In this document: piece after piece, positions 14,961 through 19,243 of the stretch
Position numbering within the stretch: position 1 is the first letter of the stretch
Layout: every line of letters begins with the position of its first letter
From: Candidatus Eiseniibacteriota bacterium
GTDB taxonomy: Bacteria; Eisenbacteria; RBG-16-71-46; JABDJR01; JAWXBZ01
DNA length: 19,243 nucleotides
Reading direction: 5' to 3'
Assembly (NCBI GenBank): GCA_034440375.1
Contig: JAWXBZ010000077.1
Span: 1 to 19,243 of the forward strand
Notes under the pieces: generated by a model
Told to the model about the DNA's origin: nothing
What the model saw: only the letters and a program-made list of their open reading frames with translations
Databases searched by the model: none
Made by a program: the position numbers and the translations under genes

Positions 14961-17292
14961 TCAGTAGGAGAACGGAGAAGAAATGTAGACCGCTGTCGGG
15001 AGTAGCCCGGCCCGGCGAAATGTCAGCGATCCCAATTCATCCAGGGACAGGATGGCATCCGGCACATGGGCTCCGGACAGGTTTCCTGACCAGAGCGAGC
15101 CAAGCTCGATACCATTCCTGGTAACGGTGCCAATGGCACCCCAAAACTCGGCCGGTATCGGCCCGTTGCTGCCGCAATTGCCACCGGATGCTCCGCCAAT
15201 TCTGGCATTGATTGCATAGTGATCATTGCCAAGTGACAGGGCGTTTCGGTAGTACTGGTACCATGTCACCGAGTGACTGCCGCCCGGCACGTAGCAATTT
15301 TAGGCGAACTGCAAATCGATGTCTTCGTCAACGGAGACTTCGGCGCCATTCAACATCGTTGCCCCTCCGACGACTTCATGCCTGCCGAAGCCATAGTGAG
15401 CAGCCAGGTACGACTCCCCGTTGTGGGTTACGCCGAATCGACGAATGGGCCCGCTGTCAATCGTGCCGCGAACCGTCCGGTTGAAGGCCACCCCGAGTGG
15501 CAGCCTGGAACTGGTCTGAAGTATCCGGAGATCGAGTGACGTCCCCACCTGGAGTCGGCACCAGAGCGTGCCGACGAAATCGATATGACTCAGTGCACCG
15601 GGGTCAGCGGTGACACCGGGATAGCCGGTGGCCTCCGTCACCGTCAGTTCGATCGGCTCCCCGGACCCGATCACGCGGAGAGTGGTCATCCCGTCGCCGG
15701 CTTCGTAGACATATCCTGCTTCGGTCCGCCGGAGGATTCCGGTCGTGACGATCTGATTGCCATTCAGGCGATAAGCCACGTTCAGGACGGAGAGTGCGGC
15801 CCCGACGGCCTGATCACTGATCTGCACGAGTTGATATCCGACCTGTCCCAGCTGCAGGAGCCGATCGGCTTCGGCGCTCGACAGGAGGGAGACAACCGTC
15901 GCTCGCGCCGTGGCCGATGCCGTCGGGTCTTCGACGCTCGTGGCGATAATGTGCACCTGACGGGTGTCGTTGAGGCCGTACGGGCTGGTAAAGAATCCAC
16001 TGGACGTCACGTCTCCGCCGCCGCCAACGGACCAGATGACGCCGGGGTCGTCGGCGTGTCGAACCGTGGCGGTGAATTGATATGTCTCGCCCGAGTTGAG
16101 GGTGATCGTTGGCGGGGAGATGGTCACCCGGACTTTCAGACGCAAGCCAACTGTGGCCGTGGCGCTGATGGACGGATCGGCCATGCTCGTGGCGCGGATG
16201 GTGGCCTGGGGAGGATCGGGGAGAATGGCGGGAGCCCGGTATACGCCATTGCCGGTGATGGTACCGAACGGGAAGCCTCCGTCCACGCTCCAGACAACAC
16301 GGTGGTCGGCACTGTTCGTCACGACGGCGGTGAATGTCTCGGATGCGTCCAGTCGCAGGGAAGCCGTGGCTGGCGAGATGCCGACGAGGACTGGTGGCGG
16401 CGGTGGTGGCGGTGGCGGCTCGGTTGCCAGTCGAATCTCGACCACGCTCGATTTGTTGGGATGCGCCTCCAGCGTGGCCCGAATTCGCGCGCGCGGTGGG
16501 TCGGGGAGCGTCGCCGGGGCCGAATAGAGACCCGTCGTTGTGACCGTGCCATGCTCCAGCCCCTCCTCGACGCTCCAGAGAACCGCCGAGTCGTCGGTGC
16601 CACCGACTCGAACGTGGAGTTGAGCCGTGTGTTCCAGGTACAGCAGGGTGGGGGTGCCGAGGATCCGAATCGCGATTCCCCGGATCAGGATTTCGGCCGT
16701 CGAGGCCTTCGATGGGTCGGACAGGCTGTGAGCCAGGACTCGAACAATCGGTGGATTCGGCAACTCATCGGGAGCCTTGTAAAGCCCTGCTTCAGAGATG
16801 GTGCCCCATGCGCCCGATTCGCCGCCGGGAACAAGCAGTCTCCACGAAACGCCGCCGGTAGCTCCCCCGAGAAGTCGCGCCTCGAACTGGTACACGGCGT
16901 TCGGTTCCGCCACGACATTGCGCGGGGACACGAGTACGGCCGTCCCGCGTCCCGGGTTATCGCATACACAGGATGATGGTGGTGTCGACCGCACCGCGGG
17001 CGTTCGATACCACCAGACGCGCGGCATGGGGGCCGTTGAGGACTGAGGTTGTGTTCCAGGCAAGGGGCGACGCCGGCCCGGAAACGACCGGGAGGTCGTC
17101 CACCCACAGGGCGTACTCGTCGCCATCCGCGGCGTCGATGGAAAGCGGGACGACACCGGAGAGAATGCTCCAGCTGTCCGGGGAAACCGATCGAATGACG
17201 GGGGCCGAAGTCGGACCCGGCAGAGACGGTTTGTCGTCTCCGCAACCGAGGAGGAGCGCGATCGATAGAAGGTAAGCCACGCGTCGCCGCAT
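14961..17292 (-). pseudogene. Surface lipoprotein with tandem Ig-like repeats (about 776 aa), disrupted by one frameshift and one in-frame stop
   Basis: ATG 17292 gives MRRRVAYLLSIALLLG-C (lipobox) plus an Ig-like domain. Frameshift near 16960-16975 leads into four W-S-V..G-T-I/V..G-x-Y-x-A-P repeats with a 9-Pro linker (16392-16418). TAA at 15302-15300 is in frame with ORF 14961..15290. Confidence 0.82.
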
Positions 17293-17304
17293 GACCTGAG
17301 TATA
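17293..17304 (-). promoter_or_regulatory. Putative -10 box, leaderless start
   Basis: TATACT (17304-17299) lies 6 nt before ATG 17292; no clear SD or -35. Confidence 0.5.
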
Positions 17305-17364
17305 TGACAACCGGCGTCCATCGGCCCGGTGGAGCAAGGGCTGGCTGGCATCCGCCTGGGCGGC

Positions 17365-17584
17365 CAGAAAGAGGGATTCCAGCGATTCCCCCCCTTGGCC
17401 GCTCCAATCACCGACGTTGAGATCGCGGACGATCCGGCCGCGAACCAGGATCAGGGCGCGGTCGCACAGGGTTTCGGCCGACCGAGGAGCGCGGCGGCAA
17501 TCGACACCTTGCGCCGCATTCCGTGCGAACATTCGATCAGGAGGGCGTTCCGTTTGTCGGTCGAAGGAGGCCGGTGAACGTGCG
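17365..17584 (-). pseudogene. ABC transporter ATP-binding protein remnant (three fragments in three frames)
   Basis: RTFTGLLRPT (17584-17555, post-Walker A); DKRNALLIECSHGMRRKVSIAAALLGRP (17558-17475, signature region); AETLCDRALILVRGRIV...SLESLFL (17478-17365, C-terminus). Confidence 0.78.
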
Positions 17585-17716
17585 CGGTTCGAGGCGTCAC
17601 TGGCGCTACCGTCGGACTCCGAGCCAACAGGATTGTCGCCCCTGTCCAGAATCACTTCGAGTTGTTCTACTGACCTGCATAACAGAGGCGAAGAGCCCGG
17701 CAAGGCCAGCGAATGA

Positions 17717-17844
17717 GTCTGCCCACCAACAAATTGGCGCGGTACGATGACCAGAGACCGCAGATTACACGGGCGGGGTACATTGTCCTGGTGTGCGAGC
17801 GTGGGTGTTTACGAGACCGGTAGAATAGAAGTTCGGTGGCAGAC
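17717..17844 (+). other. Upstream integron recombination point (attI-like site or degenerate attC)
   Basis: TAGAATAGAAG|TTCGGTGGCAGAC with GTT at 17831-17833. No L-box dyad upstream. Imperfect direct repeats and an R''-like GTCTGCCCACCAAC at 17717-17730. Confidence 0.45.
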
Positions 17845-19013
17845 GAGAATGCGAGCCGGAGCGCGAGACCTACAATGACATCACCCCTACACATCACCCC
17901 GTTCTCGATCCAGATCGAGGCAGAGGTGCTGTCTGATCTCCGAACGCGGATCCGCCGCACGCGCTGGCCTGATCAGGCGCCAGGTGTGGCGTGGGAGCAG
18001 GGGGCTGACCTTGAGTACCTCAAATCGTTGCTTGCGTATTGGGCCGACGAGTTCGACTGGCTCGCACAAGAGCGCGAGCTGAACGCGGCCAATCAGTTCC
18101 GCGCCGATCTCGACGGCGTCCACATCCACTTCGTTCATGAGCGGACGAGACGCGGGCAGGGCATTCCGCTGATCCTGACGCACGGATGGCCTAGCACGTT
18201 CGCCGAGTTGCTTCCGCTCGTACCATTCCTGACCGACCCAGACGCCCACGGCATCGACGGTCCCTCCTTTGACGTCGTCATTCCTTCCCTGCCTGGTTAC
18301 GGGTTCTCCGATCGGCCCGCTCAGGTGGGTGTGAACTATCAGCACGTGGCCGGGCTGTGGCACCGCCTGATGCGCGGCCACTGTCCGCGGCGGAGAAAAC
18401 CTATCGCGAGCGCAATGAGGCATTCTGGCAAGAGGAATATGGTTACAAGGCCATCCAATCCACGAAACCTCAGACGCTCGGATACGGGCTGAACGACTCG
18501 CCGGCTGGGCTCGCCGCCTGGATTCTGGAAAAGTGGCGCGCCTGGGCCGACTCCCGCGGCAATCTCGATGAGCACTTCTCCCGTGACTTCTTGTTAACCA
18601 CGGTCACGCTCTATTGGGTCACGCAGACGATCACATCCTCGATGCGGGACTACTTCGACAACGACAACAGGCGGTTCCGAGTCACGCTCGGACCACAGGA
18701 CTTCGTCAATGTGCCAACCGGCGTCGCTGTCTTCGCCAGTAATTTCGTCGATGAGGGTCCACCTCCCCGTGATTGGGCCGAACGCCTGTACAACGTGCGC
18801 CGGTGGACCCCGATGCCGCGCGGCGGGCACTTTGCCGCGGTCGAGGAGCCCGAGTTGCTGGCCCGCGATATCGCGGCGTTCTTTGCCGGCATGTGAGCCT
18901 GCGCGCAGGTCCCGGTGGAGTCGTTTCTTGAGATCAGGGCCGATGTCTGCCACCGAACAACGTGTTGCAGCCGACATGCTCCGCTGCGCTTCGCGCGCGG
19001 CTGAACACAACCG
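17832..19013 (+). mobile_element. Integron gene cassette carrying an epoxide hydrolase gene
   Basis: Bounded by G|TT at 17831 and G|TT at 19013. GTTCGGTGGCAGAC (17831-17844) is the exact reverse complement of GTCTGCCACCGAAC (18945-18958), as expected for the two halves of one cassette's attC. Confidence 0.85.
17875..18896 (+). pseudogene. Epoxide hydrolase (microsomal/EHN type) with an internal deletion and frameshift
   Basis: EHN domain (TRWP...YWADEFDW), HGWP and PSLPGYGFS in the first frame; DSPAGLAAWILEKW and GGHFAAVEEP in the second. The GGDxG nucleophile segment is missing at the junction near 18372-18380. Confidence 0.92.
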
Positions 19014-19019
19014 TTAGAC
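18945..19019 (+). repeat. attC site (59-base element)
   Basis: R'' ...ACCGAAC (18952-18958); L'' GTGTT[G]CAGCCG (18962-18973) pairs with L' CGGCTGAACAC (18998-19008) with one unpaired base; central GCGC-TTC-GCGC hairpin; R' GTTAGAC (19013-19019). Confidence 0.9.
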
Positions 19020-19083
19020 AGCGCGCCGGACATCAGGTACAGGTGCGGCGGATAGTGCGGAATCACGGAGAGAGGTAGAGCAC

Positions 19084-19146
19084 ATGGGGCAGTGGCAGGG
19101 AACGATTGGGGAGCTCGTCTCCCCCCAGCACACGGCAGTCCTGCTA
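19084..19146 (+). pseudogene. 5' end of a probable isochorismatase/cysteine-hydrolase family gene, interrupted by an IS
   Basis: SD GAGGT, ATG 19084, MGQWQGTIGELVSPQHTAVLL. This resembles the family's N-terminal P-x-x-T-A-V/L-L-L-I-D strand and is cut at a TA. Only 21 codons are visible. Confidence 0.5.
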
Positions 19147-19243
19147 TTGACAAACGCATAAGTAATGTCCCATACTCCCGCCGGGAGGTGAGGCATGCGT
19201 CCATTTGGAACTCCGGAGTCCCTTCATCGTCGTCGCTTGAAGG
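19145..19243 (+). mobile_element. Left end of an IS630-family insertion sequence
   Basis: Abrupt AT-rich TATTGACAAACGCATAAGTAAT starting at a TA target; TTGACA-N18-CATACT promoter; GGAGGTG SD; transposase-like start. Confidence 0.72.
19195..19243 (+). CDS. IS630-family transposase (HTH ORF), N-terminal 16 codons
   Basis: MRPFGTPESLHRRRLK resembles the MRPxGS/TxxxLExRRxxA start I recall for IS630-type transposases; runs off the window. Confidence 0.65.
   Translation, partial: MRPFGTPESLHRRRLK

Noticed and set aside
15300-15302. Stop-codon recoding in the Ig-repeat gene
   Set aside because: The stop is TAA, not TGA or TAG, and TAA terminates other genes here; a nonsense mutation or sequence error is simpler.
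16392-16418. (YGG)9 tract as a phase-variable repeat
   Set aside because: It is a mixed-codon, in-frame polyproline linker and not the site of the frameshift.
17677-17730. GCATAAC as the R'' of an additional attC
   Set aside because: No matching L''/L' dyad or properly spaced R' was found.
1-19243. CRISPR array, tRNA, rRNA
   Set aside because: No regularly spaced repeats or recognisable structural RNA genes were seen by eye.

Overview
GC-rich bacterial window. The gene families suggest an FCB-group or Gemmatimonadota-like organism, which is inference only. It has three parts. (1) Bases 1-8733 hold a minus-strand, tightly coupled operon of three multiheme c-type cytochromes plus a beta-barrel outer-membrane protein, with at least 27 heme motifs in view (three are CxxSGCH). 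This looks like a porin-cytochrome electron conduit. It is transcribed divergently from a System II cytochrome c maturation operon (uncharacterised two-domain lipoprotein, resB, ccsA). The last cytochrome is missing from the ORF track and ends in a 65-bp inverted self-duplication at the window edge. (2) Bases 8766-13719 hold a MerR-type HTH gene coupled to a VIT-vWA protein with a VWA5A/PARP4-like C-terminal domain, a ketopantoate-reductase-like gene and a Cbp1-like coiled-coil protein. (3) Bases 13865-19243 are a decaying accessory region: an MBL-fold hydrolase, a broken Ig-repeat lipoprotein, a collapsed ABC-ATPase remnant, an integron gene cassette (epoxide hydrolase pseudogene plus attC, no integrase in view), and a following gene interrupted by an IS630-type element. 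All calls come from reading the sequence by eye; no searches were run.
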